DNA from: Hydrolagus affinis | Taxonomy: Eukaryota | Direction of reading: 5' to 3' | Length of the DNA: 64,000 bases | Assembly (NCBI GenBank): GCA_012026655.1 | Contig: JAAILG010000088.1 | Coordinates: 1-64,000, forward strand | In this document: one piece after another, positions 33,873 through 47,975 of the stretch | Position numbering within the stretch: position 1 is the first letter of the stretch | Layout: each line of letters starts with the position of its first letter | Position numbers and translations under genes: made by a program | The notes under the pieces: generated by a model | Told to the model about the DNA's origin: nothing | What the model saw: only the letters and a program-made list of their open reading frames with translations | Databases searched by the model: none

Positions 33873-36800
33873 GCCATTGAATTTAATTAAGGATGTGAGT
33901 GAGAGTCGGTTTTTCGAAACCAAAGTATTAAAATGTGATAATGACCTGTCAGGACTCCATTTGATGGCTCAGTGAGATTTATGTGACTCACATGTCATGT
34001 GATTACACAATGAAGGTCACAGGTTTGATTCCACAGCATTTCAGGGCATGAGAATCGCTCTTTATTTTTCCCAGGATATGGAAAGGATTTGAAAATCTTT
34101 GACCAGCAACAAAAAATCAAATTCGAAAGTACATGGATTTTGTGAAATGTTGCAAACCCTTCAACATTTGTATGCAAAACACACAATACAATGAAATACC
34201 ATAAGCAGTTGATGAGCTCACAGCATAACACATGGGAAAAATGCCCAACTCTCCTAATTGTATTAAACATTATGTAATAACTCCAATATAAAATTATCAA
34301 ACATCTCAAATTGTACTCCAGTGTTCACACAAATCTTTCAATTGTACTTATATTCTTCATCTTCTCCACGTTGCTGTTAAAGAAAATCAGAGTTCTGCAC
34401 AATACTGCAAGTACATTGGCAGCACATGCGTGCATTCTGAAAATGTATTAATTTTTTTTAATGCAATGAATGCTAAAGAGATATTTGCATGAAGACCAGT
34501 TATGCTGTCACCTCTTTAATGATAAGGTCTATTTCTTATAAGTGGCTGTGTTGTAATGATACATTCGATTATAACACAAGTCTTTGAAGACCATTCGATC
34601 ATTGGAAGATTATGCCCTGTTGTAGCTGAGTGTAGATTAGTTAATGTGGAATAGTTTACAGTGTGCAGTAATCTGGTAACAGATTCAGTCAAAGTTAAAT
34701 ATGTGTTTTCTCATCTAAGATTGGACTCAGAAAGACATTGCTTGGGGCCTGACTAGTTTTAAAAAAAAGAAATCGCTGATAGCTGTACTGAGATGCAAGA
34801 TCATTATTATCAGTGCTTTATAAAATCATTTTCAGGGGTATACAATCCACATTATGTTGCTGTTGTAGTCTAAGTATATTTTGCCTGAGGTTTACTTCTA
34901 AACTTCAGCAGCAACAGATGGCATTGGCAGTGATATTTGTATTAACTGTTGCATTGTTTGTATTAACTGTTGCATTACAACAACAACCAAATTACATATA
35001 TAGAGTGCCTTTCATGACGGGAGGCTATCCCAAGAGCAGTCACAATAGCAGTCGTCTGTGTTCCTGAACGTGAGCTGACCAGAGAAAATTTGGATAAAAT
35101 GGATGACATGGATTCCTCTGAGCACACTAGCTGAGGAGAATTACATGGGAATCACATTGTTTCCTACTGTTCTCGCATGAGTCAGATCACAAACACAAAC
35201 CAAACCCAACTCTAGAGAATTGTATGTTCCTTTCCCACTGACTTATCGTGAGCCAAACGCATTAACTGGTTATGCTGACTCAAGGAAGCAGTGCGGTTAT
35301 CCCTAAAGGAACATAAGTTGACCCAAACCTACTAATTAGCTGGATTTCAAACAATTTTCAAACAAAATCCTGACATATGTGCCATTCATATAGTTTTATC
35401 AATTTAGCGTTCATCCCAGCTGATTCCAATGTGATAGAAATATCATGGGGGGGGAAACTCCATAACTTCTGGACAAAAGCTTACAGAATGCCGGTTCCAA
35501 AGTCTGACATGGAGAAAGGAAAGTAGAAGGATGAGTTAGTTACCCATAGGAGGAAAAACAAGAAGCCAATGAACATTTTATGTAATGGAGTCACTGGAGA
35601 GTTAAGATCCCTAAACTATCCCACAGCTATAAATGTGAAGTAGGTTTAGACACAGACAGATAGATGAGTTTACTTGCCGCAGTGAATTACACTTAGGCAA
35701 GTTGGTGTTATCCAAAACCCAACTAGTTTCTGAACACCCTTCACAGTTACGTCAAGGACTTTGCTGTCATAACACCTGTCATTGCACTGGCTCGGAGTGG
35801 CAAAGGGAGTATCTAAAGTTATTTTTTCTCGGATCCAGACAAAGTCAGAATAAACACACAAAAGATCCATGTTTGTTTCACTTCGCTGATATTAATAATT
35901 CAGCCCTTTCCAACTTCAATTGAAAGATAATACAAGGTATCGACGAAATCTAAAAGGAACATTTTCACAGAAACACTCATTACTAAACCTCAGTTTAGTT
36001 TATTGCTTACATAAATAATTACATACAACTCCTGTGAGCACTAAATCCTGAAGGCAGGCCAATAGTTACTTGACAAGTGTTTAAAATATTAATAAATTTT
36101 AATTCAACCTGAAGTACTAAGTGTGCGCATTAACTATTTATTGAAGCAATAACTATATATAGTACTGATTTTGTGGCTAAATATACAACCTCACTTTTGA
36201 TTAGGCTGAATAATAATAATAATACTAATAATCCCTGCATTTGATATAGCATCTTATCATCTCAAAGTCCTTCACAGAATATAATTTGAAGTGAATTTAA
36301 TAAATCTTTTGCCAATAACGCGCAAATGTCCCGCAAACAGTTGTGGATTGAGTGACCACATCATTATTATATAGTTTTTTCCTTTTTTTTGAGGGATCCA
36401 GAGGTTGCAAGTAAAATCCAGATGTTGCAGTAGGTAGGGCAAAGCTAGGGGCTGCGTTCTACAATTGACCTAAGTAACCTGGGTTAAGAAGAGGAAATTC
36501 AAGCAAGATTCATACGGCTGATCACTTTCTAGATACTTTTGCTGTAGATATGCATTTAGACATCAGTTCATCACCGACTGGATCAAGCTCAAATAGATTT
36601 CCCACGTCATACAACTGAACCCACTGCCAACACTACACTCACTCAACTCCTACTTGGGTTAGGAACTGTGGAGATACTAATAGTGAGGGAATGAGACAAA
36701 ATTGGTGGATAAATTGCAAGGAACACAAATATATCTGTGAAACAAACAAGGAAATTGGTGCAAAATTGCTCGGGTAGAGACTGAAGAACAGGTTGCAGTA

Positions 36801-37092
36801 CATGTAAGAAAACAGCCGGAGTCTCTGCATTCCAACATTTCATCCTATATTCATGTCTTGGTAATCCATTCTATGCCACTAAGCTGCGCTAGACATACAT
36901 AGTGGTTCAATACAATGCACTGAGCAGTGCCAGCAGGCTACCTGGACAGAGCAGAAAGCTGAACATTGCAAAGAATTGAGAATCATGACTGTCTTACATT
37001 ACATGTCTTTATACAAGTACTACGCTCTTTCCATCAGCCTCTTCTTGATGGGAGCTACTTGAGTGTTAACCACATTCTGCAAGTGAAATGAA

Positions 37093-37465
37093 AAACAACA
37101 CCAAAATTACACTTGTATAGTGCTTTTCATGTAAGGTGCTGGACAGTCATTGATTCCTGACCTGAGCTGAGGTCGGGGACGGGGAGGGTGGAGGGAAGGG
37201 GGGGATTTGGAGTGACTAATGGGACCGTCGAAGAGGAGGGTTTAGAGGCAGGAATTGAAGGAGGCCAGGGAGGGGTCGAGGCAGATGGACTGCGGGATGG
37301 AGTTCCAGAGGTTGGGGGCAGAGTGGCTGAAGGCTCGCCCGCCATTGGTGGGACGGGTGGGTCGTGGGACATGGAGCAGGTCAAAGCCTGCTGAGCAGAG
37401 GGGGTGGGCAGGTTGGTAGGGGGTTGGGAGATTACGGATGTAGGGTGGGGCGAGGCCGTGGAGAG
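37093..37465 (-). mobile_element. L2-clade LINE 3' fragment
   Basis: - strand ORF LHGLAPPYI...GGRAFSHSAPNLWNSIPQSI...SLASF is the typical L2 ORF2 C-terminus, followed by a (GTT)n-type tail. Confidence 0.85.
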
Positions 37466-37664
37466 AAAAACAATTTATCTTTCTAAACAAAACTGGCAAG
37501 AATGTGATGATGGTAATATAACTTTTGTGTTGCTAGGGAGATTTTTTCTTTTTGTAATTAATGTATATTTTAAAAAGTAGCCATCTTAAACTAGACTTAG
37601 CTCCCTTACTGACTTGTGAAAGGCACTGTACAAATGTAATTTGTTGTTATTTCAGTGCAGCTCA

Positions 37665-37983
37665 TATAATAATAATCCTTGAATTTGATAGAGCACTTTC
37701 TCACGTCTTCTAGACGTCTCAAAGCGCTTCACAGAATATACGGTAAAGTGAATTGACTGTATATATGTGGGCAAAATGCGGCAGCCAATTGCACACAGCA
37801 GCGTCCCCACAAATAATCGTGGATTTCAATGACCAATTTTTTCTTGTGTTTGTTTTAGAGGGATTATTATTCGGCGTATGGAGTAAGGAAACTTGCCCAA
37901 AGTTTCGCCCTGACCTGCCTGGATTTGAACAGGGGTCTCACGCTTGTAAGGTGAGTGGTCTAACCACTGAGCTACAGGACTCC
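37665..37983 (-). mobile_element. tRNA-derived SINE, full length
   Basis: Reverse complement of the 39074-39399 family, head to tail. Confidence 0.9.
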
Positions 37984-39073
37984 ATATGGGAAAAAATTAC
38001 ATAAACAGCTCTACTGTTGAAGTGAGGATCCGCTTCATCAATTTGATTATTTTCATTGAAACAAGTATTTGCTGACGTGCTGGGCCTGTGTAGTGAGGGA
38101 GCGAATCCTCCAGTGTACATGCATATTATTCACTACAGCCAACTCCCAGGAATCTGTTTGCAACCCTTTATGTTTGGAAATGTATTGCCGCTGCCCTCAG
38201 AGAATCTTCTCCATTTAATTTTATGAATGTCTTAAGTTTTGCCCACAAATGCAATTTTGTGACTGTCCCATCCTGTGGGTAAAAACATAAACTGACAGTT
38301 CGATAAATACAGAATGAAAAATAGGAAAGTCCAGTGATAGTGTCTTAGTGAGAACAGTGCTGCTGTTATTCTCATTATTATCTTAAAGATATCTGCTGCT
38401 CCTCACTTTCAAAGCCAGACTAAATGGCGCAGCGCCCATCTGACCATAACTTTCATTTGCAAAACTGAGATTGTTAAAAAAACAGGCAGGTTTTAATGAA
38501 TGTATTTGTTGGAAGTTTTGTTTGTGCCCGATCACCACTGAGTGATGACACATCCCGAAGATCATTGTTGTCACAATCATCTCCAGGCTGTGAGTGTCAC
38601 TCTGTTGCTCAGAGTCTATATCTTTTGACTAATGATTCAAACATATCCCAACTGACAATGCCATGTGAATTCAACAACAACAACAAATTACATTTATAGA
38701 GCGCCTTTCACGTCGGGAGGACGTCCCAAGGCGCTGCACAGGGGGAGTGTGAATTCAGGCTGAAGCGAAACTGTTATCATTTTCTGCCACACATTTGACT
38801 CCAGGCCATGCCAGACATTTATTGAAGGATGACTGACTGAGTGTTTTTTTTAGGTAAGGATTTCACAAAGTATAATCTTTTCCAGCCAATGTTATGTTAT
38901 TTTGTTCAGCATTTGCTAGGTCTAGCGACCACCATTGTAGATGTATGACAGTACACATAGAATTTCACCACACGTAAAAATTAGAATCCTAGTTGCTGAT
39001 ATTGTTTGTGAAATCCTAACAGCGTTTTTTTTTAAACATGTCTTCAACAGCCTCAAGCCCTATTGTAACATAT

Positions 39074-39399
39074 TGAGCGTGCTGTAGCTCAGTGGTTAGA
39101 GCACTCGCCTTACAAGCATGAGACCAGTGTTCGAATCCAGGCAGGTCAGGGCAAAGCCTTGGGCAAGTTTTCTTACACCACACGCCTAATAATAATCCCT
39201 CCAAAAGAAAACACAATAATAAAAATTGGTCATTTCAATCCACGACTGTTTGTGGGACACTGTTGTGTGCAATTGGCTGCCGCGTTTCGCCCACAAATAT
39301 ACAGTCAATTCACTTTACAGTACATTTTGTGAAGCGCTTTGAGACGCCTAGAAGATGTGAAAAAGCGCTATATCAAATGCAAGGATTATTATATTATTA
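39074..39399 (+). mobile_element. tRNA-derived SINE, full length (~320 bp), used here as the reference copy
   Basis: A box TAGCTCAGTGG (39085-39095), anticodon-like loop cTTACAa, B box GTTCGAATCC (39129-39138), Deu-like core, L2-like stem-loop tail, (ATT)n end. Further fragments near 1451, 12828, 20800, 28826, 31325, 36210, 39782, 41770, 43217, 46507, 48033, 54191, 55482, 60525, 62971 and 63825. Confidence 0.92.
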
Positions 39400-42300
39400 T
39401 GTGGCCCCTAGATGGAGCAGGCTCCAGTTAGATTAAGGAGTGGAGCTTTGGTATGGTGCTTTGAGATATTCACCCAAAATGAAAGGTGCTATTTAAGTGC
39501 AACTTGTTGCTGCAGATCCACAGATATTGTGGCGTTTGGGACATCCTCCACACATAAAAGACGCTATGTGTAATTTTGTTGTTGTTGTTGTTTAACTTAA
39601 AATAAACACAATTCAACAATACAACTGCCAACATTATACTTTTCAAAATAGGTGATTTTGTTCTTATTTTTCTCAAATAAACTGACGCGAACGGTGCCAT
39701 ACAAATGTTGTTTTGTTGTTGCTGTTGCTGTTGTGTCCTGGGAAACCGAATCGTTAAAATGTGATCTATCTTCCTTGAATTATAATAATAAATAATAATA
39801 ATCCTTGCATTTGATACAGCGCTTTACGCATCTTCTAGACTTCTCAAAGCGCTTCACAGAGTATACTGTAAAGTGAATTGACTGTATATTTGTGGGAGAA
39901 ACACGGCAGCCAATTGCGCACAGCAGTGTCCCACAAACAGTCAAGGATTGAGATGACCAATTTTATTATTATAATTTTATTATTTGCTGCAAGATTCATG
40001 CTCAACATTGGTCAGTCAAACTATTTGTTCCATAGTATTTTTTTTCTTGTTAATTGCTAGAAGGCAGTTAAATACATGCAAGTAATAGGTTATATATTAT
40101 TTGGATATCCAATCCACTGAATAACATTGAGGGCAACATTAGTCCTTTATACTAACCAGAAGGGCAGAGAATGCTTTCAAACTCCAACCTGCACAAAATT
40201 CCGTTTGATATCTGAATGAAAGCAACACTAATGTTTAAAACACTTTTTAATTAACTTAGTTCTACCAAATGAACATTTGTTCTGGAACAGCTTGTTTGAA
40301 TGTTAGTTTAGATCAATAGCAATTTAGTCACGCTCCCCATTGCCTTCAGCGAGGTGTCTTGTAAATATCCAATAGGTTTACAATGACCAAGTCTTCAAAT
40401 ACATGGTTACAAAAAAGCAGCCTTTGTGTTGGTAAATATGCACATTAACAAGAAGACATTAAAGTTGTACAGTATCAATTAATAATTGATTCAGGTGTTA
40501 CACAACAAGAGAATCCATTTGCACATGAAAAAAGATTTATGCAACAGGCTGGACTATTGGCATAACAAATGCATTTTCTCAAACTTTCAGTTTCAGGCCA
40601 TTATTATTAACATCATAAAACATTCTCAGTTTCTTTCCATATTCCTATGTCAGTATACTACGACCTTATCAGGATGAAAATTAGCCCATTGCTTTCATGT
40701 ATTATATGATTTACTCATCCAAAATCAATTTCTAATCTTCATTCTCCTGTGCAGTCATAACAGAGGGGATTTGACCAGACTGAATGAGAGTTCTATTTGC
40801 TGCGTGGCTTGTGAAAACAGTATCAATGCTATATTATGTGTCATTACCGTCAAAGATGGATTTGAGCAGAGCACAGCTCGATCTATGTTGCAGCAAATAG
40901 ACCATTGATATTTTCAATCATGTGCTGATACAGGAATTCTATCAAAATAGATATTCACTTGCAGGTGGCTTTTGAAAATGAAAAACATTCACCCTTAGGG
41001 ACAGCAACGGCAGTATCCTGGGAATGAATAATACAGGATTTTTTTCTTTGTTTCCTGACATCTGTCAAGGCTGCCAATTACTTGCTAAAACATTTGAAAT
41101 TGAATTTGACTGAAACTTTGAACAAAACAATCACTTTCATCTCATCGGTATCAATACAATATCATTTACATTCATAAAGCACCTGTCATGTTGGGAAGGA
41201 CGGCTCAAAGTGCTTTGCTACCACCTGTATCTATCTTCCTCCTTCTGAAACGAGGTACTGAGCAAACTTCCCCAACTATAAAAATTGGTAGACAGGCCAC
41301 AGATTACATTCTCCTAGCAGGAGAATTACTTTTTAATACCTGTCCACCCGTAATCTGTAGATCACGGTCATACAGATTTCTTTTAGATGTACAACTGGAA
41401 AAGCAGATTAATATTTTAATAAGCAGAAAGATCTTAGAAGCTGCAAACTGTCATGAACCAGGTGGCTATTTGGGATTTTATTTCCACCTCAAAAAGACAG
41501 AGTGTGATGGCAGAATGATATCGAATGTTCAATGTTGTTACAATAGTAAAATAATGCTTATATTTGGTACAGAACTTTCACGTCAGGAGGACATCCCAAA
41601 GTTATAAAATGCAGTGACTGTGTGTAATGAGCAAAGCTGATGTAATGTAGATGTAATGAACCATCATACAATGATGTAGAATGTTATTACCGCACAGAAA
41701 CAGACCATTTGCCTAACACTTCACCACTTGATCCCTCCCCACCGTGCTCTGGTCCCTACCTTGGGACGTTGTATTCTGTGAAGCGCTTTGAGACGTCGAT
41801 AAGATGTGGAAAACGCTATATAAATGTAAGGATTATTATTATTATTATTCCATATTTTACCCTCTGCGAGAGTCTCCAGTATGAGACTATGCCTCATTCC
41901 CATTCCCCTGTGTTTCCCTCACTTCTCTGAGATGCTATTTCATATGGAGGGCACTGTACAAATCCAAAGTGTTGTTGTTTTGTGGATGAGAGCGGCAGCC
42001 AATTTGCAATGTCCCACAAACAGCGATGAAGTTGATGACCAATTTTATTCTGGGGCTTGTTGGCCAGGACGCTAGGAGAAACTATTTATTTTTGAATAGT
42101 GCCATGGAAATGTTAATGTCCATCTAAATAGACAGACATTGGTTTAATATCTCACCCAAAGAATGAATGTTAGTTAGTTAACTAACTGTTAGTTGGAGTA
42201 GAAGTGTTTTAATTGACCATTCTCCATTTTTTAAAACATTATAATATACTGTACAGTATATCCTTCATAGTAATGATATTACTATATTTGGGTTTGAGTA

Positions 42301-42852
42301 AGTATCATGAGCCAAATCTGCAAACTTGATGTATAATTACTTATAAAGAAACTAAATATTGGAATTATTATATCCCAGATTCCAAATTGCATTATTTTGT
42401 GCAATTAAAGAAATATAATTCCATTTGAGATATCCTGTTACAGTTCTGTGAGCCTCAGATTGCCGAGCTGCAATCAAGAAGTGTCTAAAATGTAGGAAAC
42501 CTGGCGAGATCCTGGATAATTGGCATTGGAAACAATTATATTCAATGTGAACCCATTAGGTGAGAGAATAAGATACGTTCTATTAAATGTATCATGGAAC
42601 TTTACAGCACAGAAGAATGCCATTTGGCTAATTAGGTGTATGCTGGCTCTTTCAAAGAGCAACCCATTCAGTCCTACTAACATGCCATTTCCCACTATAA
42701 TTTACTCTCTTTTAGATATCCACCTTCTATCTATCTGTCTCATCCTAGTAAATTGCACTTCTCTATCTCTGACATCTTTTCTAAAACGTGGTGATGGAAA
42801 CTGGAAACAATGCTCTTAACTACAGTCTATGCAAGTTAAGCATCAAGAAGAG

Positions 42853-43164
42853 AATAATAATAATCGTTGCATTTGATATAGCGCTTTTCACGTCTTCTAG
42901 ACATCTCAAAGCGCATCACAGAATATACTGTAAAGTGAATTGACTGTATATTTGTGGGCGAAACGTATCAGGCAATTTGTGTACAGGAGTGTCCCATAAA
43001 CAGTCGTGAATTGAAATGACCAATTTATTATTATTTTTGAGGTATTATTATTAGACATGTGGAGTAAGGAAACTTGCCCAAGGTTTTGCCCTGTCCTGCT
43101 GGGAATCGAACGCAGGTCTCTCGCTTGTAAGGCGAGCGCTCTAACCACTGAGCTACAGAACTCC
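42853..43164 (-). mobile_element. tRNA-derived SINE, full length
   Basis: Same family as 39074-39399. Confidence 0.9.
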
Positions 43165-44255
43165 ACAGCTATCACCCAAGGGCATGCATAAAGGTCCGCC
43201 TTACATTATATTAGTATAATAATAATCCTTGCATTTGATATGGCGCCTGATTACATCATCAAGACATCTTGAAGCGCTTCACATAATATACTATAAAGTG
43301 TAGTGACTGCGTATTTTGTTGGTGAAACACGGCAGCCAATTGCATGAGCAGAGGGCAGATAATTTGCATCAAGAATTAAACGCCTCCCACTAAATGTTTA
43401 CAATTTCACCTCCAACATACAGTAGTTTTTTTTTAGCGTTTTAGACTCTTTCCGTGCCTCAATATTTCCAATATGAAATAAATAAAGCACTCCTTTATTC
43501 TCTGCAGGTATCTTGGCTGCTTTTTCAATTCCTTGTGCTGGTGATATTAATATGGCAACTTATTTTGTAAGAATCCCATTGAGCTTTACTTTCCTTTGCT
43601 CATATTTAGTTCCTTCATATGATTTCGATGATCGTTTAAAATTTGTCACATTCTCACCATTTAAAATTTTTTGTCAGCACGCATTTCAGAACGAATGAAT
43701 GTGCCCAGGGCTCTTGAATTGTATGGTATTTTCATATTAGAATTTGCATTTAAATGGTTAATGCCTAGACTTGGCAAAATAAGAAGCTTTATTTTATGGG
43801 TCTATGTTATTATGCTTGTAATGTTTCTATTTCTCTAAGAACAAAGAGCATTCTTGAAGGATCATTTTGATATTGTATTGCCTTTCTTTGCTCACAACTG
43901 AATATGGATTTTTAATCAACGGTAACAGTAAGATACGAGTTACAATCTAACCCATTCTCCTGCTATTTTCTATTGCCTTTTATGTGTCTGTAATAACAAA
44001 TAATCTACACTTTACTTTGTTCAACAATCAACAGAAAGATAAACTTTCCTGTTCAACAGATAAATAACTCATGCATTTACTGAACTATTGTATTACATCC
44101 GTAAACAAGAATCATTAATTGTTGCAAGTGAAGGGCAAATTGTCTTCCCAGTTCCACACAGTGAATGTTGTCTCATTGTCATCTTTTACCTGAAAAGGTA
44201 AAAACATGTAACCTTGGATCTGTTGTGCTATTCTATATAACATCACCGAAGATGT

Positions 44256-44587
44256 AATAATAATAATTGAATTATCCTTGGATTTAATATCGCGCTTTTC
44301 ATGACTTCTAGACGTCTCAAAGCGCTTCTCAGAATGCACTGTAAAGTGAATTGACGGTATATTTGTGGGCGAAATGCGACAGGCAGCCAATTGTGCACAG
44401 CAGTGTCCCACAAACAATCATGGATTGAGATGACCAATTTATTATAATTTTTTTTGAGGGATTATTATTAGGCGTGTAGAGTAAGGAAACTTGCCCTTAC
44501 AAGGTTTCGCCTTGACCTGCCTGGATTTGAAACACTGATCTCATGCTTATAAGGCGAGTGCTCTAAACAATGAGCTACAGCACTCCA
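44256..44587 (-). mobile_element. tRNA-derived SINE, full length
   Basis: Same family as 39074-39399. Confidence 0.9.
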
Positions 44588-44802
44588 AAGTATTGGCATA
44601 AATAAAACTATCCAAAACACAGGGACGAGTCCAGATACCAGACATCCAATGCAGACCATGAGATCACCCATGTGTGGTATGCGTACAACTCGCGATGGTT
44701 AAGTTTATTCCAAATGTCAGTGTTGTTACCATCTCACATTAATCAAGAAGGTAGGAACCGAGGGAGTGGCAGATTAGGAAGTTATCCTTTTATTTTGGGG
44801 TT

Positions 44803-45018
44803 TGAACATAAGAATTAGGAGCAGGAGTAGGCCATAAATTCACTACGCTCTACCTTCACTACCTTTCTCAACTCTGTTCTAAGAGGCTGACCCTTAGTTT
44901 TAAGATTATGACCCCTGGTTATAGATTCTCCTACCAGGGGAAACAGTCCCTCACTGTCTACTTTATCTAGCCCTTTAAGAATCTTATATGTTCCAATAAG
45001 ATCTCCCCTAATTCTTCT
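44803..45018 (-). mobile_element. CR1 LINE fragment with an internal deletion
   Basis: Reverse complement of ~15940-16130 joined directly to the extreme 3' tail. Confidence 0.85.
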
Positions 45019-47494
45019 TAGTATTAAGAACCTTCCTGAGTTCTCAAGGGCGTGTTATGAGGGAACAGTTCAGAATTTGCTGTGCTATTTTTCTAACTGG
45101 GAACCTTATTAATTTTATGAGCAAGTACACTTTTACTTTTCTGGGACATAATCCTTTCCAAGAGATCCTACTCAATATTATATTTATTGCAAATTCCCAA
45201 AGCCAATTTGCAGGGTGATAGACTATCAATTCAGAATCGAATTACCAACTGTATCTGACTGCTCTGTTGGGTTTACGACCAAGTAAAGAAACTCAAATAA
45301 ATTGGTTCTGTGAATCCATTATTTTTCTTCTGAAAATGCGACTTATTTCACGATAATACTGGCTCAATAAAGCAAATCCTAATTGTTTATGGGAGTGTGC
45401 CAAGGTGAATGGCAATGCAACCACATAATCCTTGGCAAACACAAAAACAGCATTTGCCAGATTAACTGATTATTTAGGCTAAAGTTACATTGGCAGAGAG
45501 GGACTATTAAACTGTAGGGTACCCTGTGAACAGAAGCATGCAAGATTGGAACATAATGACAGTTAGAGATATCCTCGTGTTTGTGAGACTGGGCATTGGA
45601 TTGCATCAAATACAATAAGTATTCAGGTCAAATTGAAAGCAATCCTGTTTTCATAGAACAACATCTAGTACTTCACTGAATATTTTACCTTCTCATTAAA
45701 ATGGTGGTATATTGTGTCATTCGCTTCATTTGCAGTGCGATGTGAGCAAATTACTTGTCAAACCACGCTCTCAAGTTTAAATTGTAACTATTTTCCTGAT
45801 GAATTTATCTTGGATTTTTTTTTATTGATATGGCAGTATTATTTTGTCAACCTAAGGAAAGGCTGTTAATGAAAAAGATGGGTTTTTATGCTGCCTTAAA
45901 TGATGCCCTCTGGCTGAGTAATGGTAACAGGAACCCTTTAACACAAGGGTTTGTATTCAAATAAATTTGCCTTAACCACTCACGTATACATTATGTGTGA
46001 GGTTAGACAGCTGCTTTTGTGGCGACCTAGGAATAGATCTGTAGCACATTCTCTCAGTTGGGGAAGGCTCAGAGATGACGTTTGAGAGGGGAAAACTAGA
46101 ATAAGTTACAAACAAAAATGAGGACATTTGGAATTAATCAAAATTAAGCAACGGAGCAGTCTTATCTTAGAGGTTATTTAACTTTCTATAAAATCATAGG
46201 ACTAATTTTATTTTACGGAAGTACGTCTTATCCTTGAGCCTTTCAGCTTAATTGTAATTATAATGCATGTGCCTCTTAAATAACTGAATATTAGCATTCA
46301 CAAGCTATAGCTGCAGATTCCTGCTGTGTTTGTATGACTGGGAGTGAAACCTGATTCATTCTACCCACACTTCATCGAGTCTAGTCCATAAACAAGCCAC
46401 GTGCCTGATTTTGAAATTGCGTGTTTGTTTTTAATGCTTTTGAAGAGCTTGTTTCATGATCAACCCTTCACTACCACTAAAAAATAAACTTACAGTGAAA
46501 TTACTAGGACGTGAAAAGCGCTATATCAAATGCAGGATTATTATTATTGTTATTATTACTTGGTTGAATCCATAGCGCTCTGGGATGCTACCCCTCATGA
46601 AGGGCGCTGTGTTAAAAAAGTGCAAGTGGCTGTTGTAGACCATGAGTGATTTCAATGAAACACTGGTACGTGCAGCTCGAGCTGTGACTTTACATTGCAC
46701 TGTGTTTCTCCCGATACAATCCTCTTCAAGCAGTGTCAAGAGCAGGTATCCATGACCAGTCCAGCTGACTCAATTGGCATGCATCCTATGATTTGCCACC
46801 AAACAAGCAACAACAAGAAGAAGAAAATTACAATTGTGTAGTGCCTTTCACATCGGAAGGCATTGGCAGTAGCCATCCAACATCAACAGGAGAGGAGGTG
46901 TATTGACGGTACTATTCTGAGTGGCAGATACATATATACATGTCTGTTTTGTTCCAGTATAAGCTGATTGTCAGCAAAATAGTATCTCATACTTAATAAG
47001 GAATCCTAACTGGATAATTGAGGAAATCCTTTCAGTAACTGGAAGTACAAAGCATGGCCCATGGGAACATTTACTCCAGTGTGATCTACTTCCACAACTG
47101 TTGTTCCCACGGCTTGATGGGAGTCTCTGTTAGGAAATACCGCAAATTAGACCTAAATTTCAGCAATCGAGAAGCCACAGGCAAACAGCAGAAAACCTTT
47201 GAACGCAGAAAGCGTCAGACAGATCAAACACAATTCCCCCTGTAGTGTAGTGTAGTGTAGTGATAAGGGTAAATATTCACATCTTCTTAGTCTGAATGAG
47301 GAGCATTAGCAAAGAATTAATTCAGTCACAATTTGAGCTGTAGGCATGGGTTTTACAGTGTCATTTTCGTTCATTTATGAGATTGTGTCAATTATGGTTG
47401 ATCATCCTAATTAATATCCCACATATTACATTCACTATTGTGCTTTTGCTGCATTTTTTGTTTGCTGTCAGTGTTAGATATTTTGAGACAAATG

Positions 47495-47975
47495 CCACCA
47501 CCTCACCCTCCCCAACGTTGACGGGTGGGCCTTCAGCCATTCTGCCCCCACCCTCATAGCATCATAGAATTTTACAGCACAAAAGGAGGTCATTCAGCCC
47601 ATCTAGTCTGTGCCGTCTCTTTGAAAAGAGCAACTCAATCCCACTGCCCAGCTCTCTCCCCATAACCTAACAGACCTGTTCTCCCTAAATAAAGATCTAA
47701 TTCTCTTTTAAAAAGAATCCACCCTCTGGAATTCCATCTCAAGGAAGGTCTCAAGGAAAGTCTTGAGACCACCGTGCCCTATCCCTTACATCCTTTAAGA
47801 CCAACCTCAAGGCCTACCTCTTTGACTGTGCTTTTGTTTAAACTCCTGCCCCCCTCTGCCCTCCATCCTCCACAATCCCTACTCCCAGCTCGGGTCCATA
47901 ATACTGTCTGTCCAGCGCCTTGGGATGTCCTCCTGACGTGAAAGGCACTATACAAATGTAATTTTGTTGTTGTTG
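47495..47975 (+). mobile_element. L2 3' fragment interrupted by a - strand CR1-type insertion (47556-47718)
   Basis: L2 sequence gccttcagccattctgcccccaccctc | tggaattccatc is split by the insert, with TSD CCACCCTC at 47548-47555 and 47719-47726. Confidence 0.85.

Noticed and set aside
34939-34977. 21-bp tandem duplication, and the (GTAGT)n run at ~47241-47262
   Set aside because: Ordinary slippage repeats with no sign of function.
33940-36940. Faint ancient SINE-like fragments (~33960-34050, ~35040-35330, ~36440-36940)
   Set aside because: Too degraded to delimit or classify by eye.
39074-39150. tRNA-Val(TAC)-like gene
   Set aside because: The acceptor stem is degenerate and the sequence continues into a multicopy SINE body and tail, so it is a SINE head.
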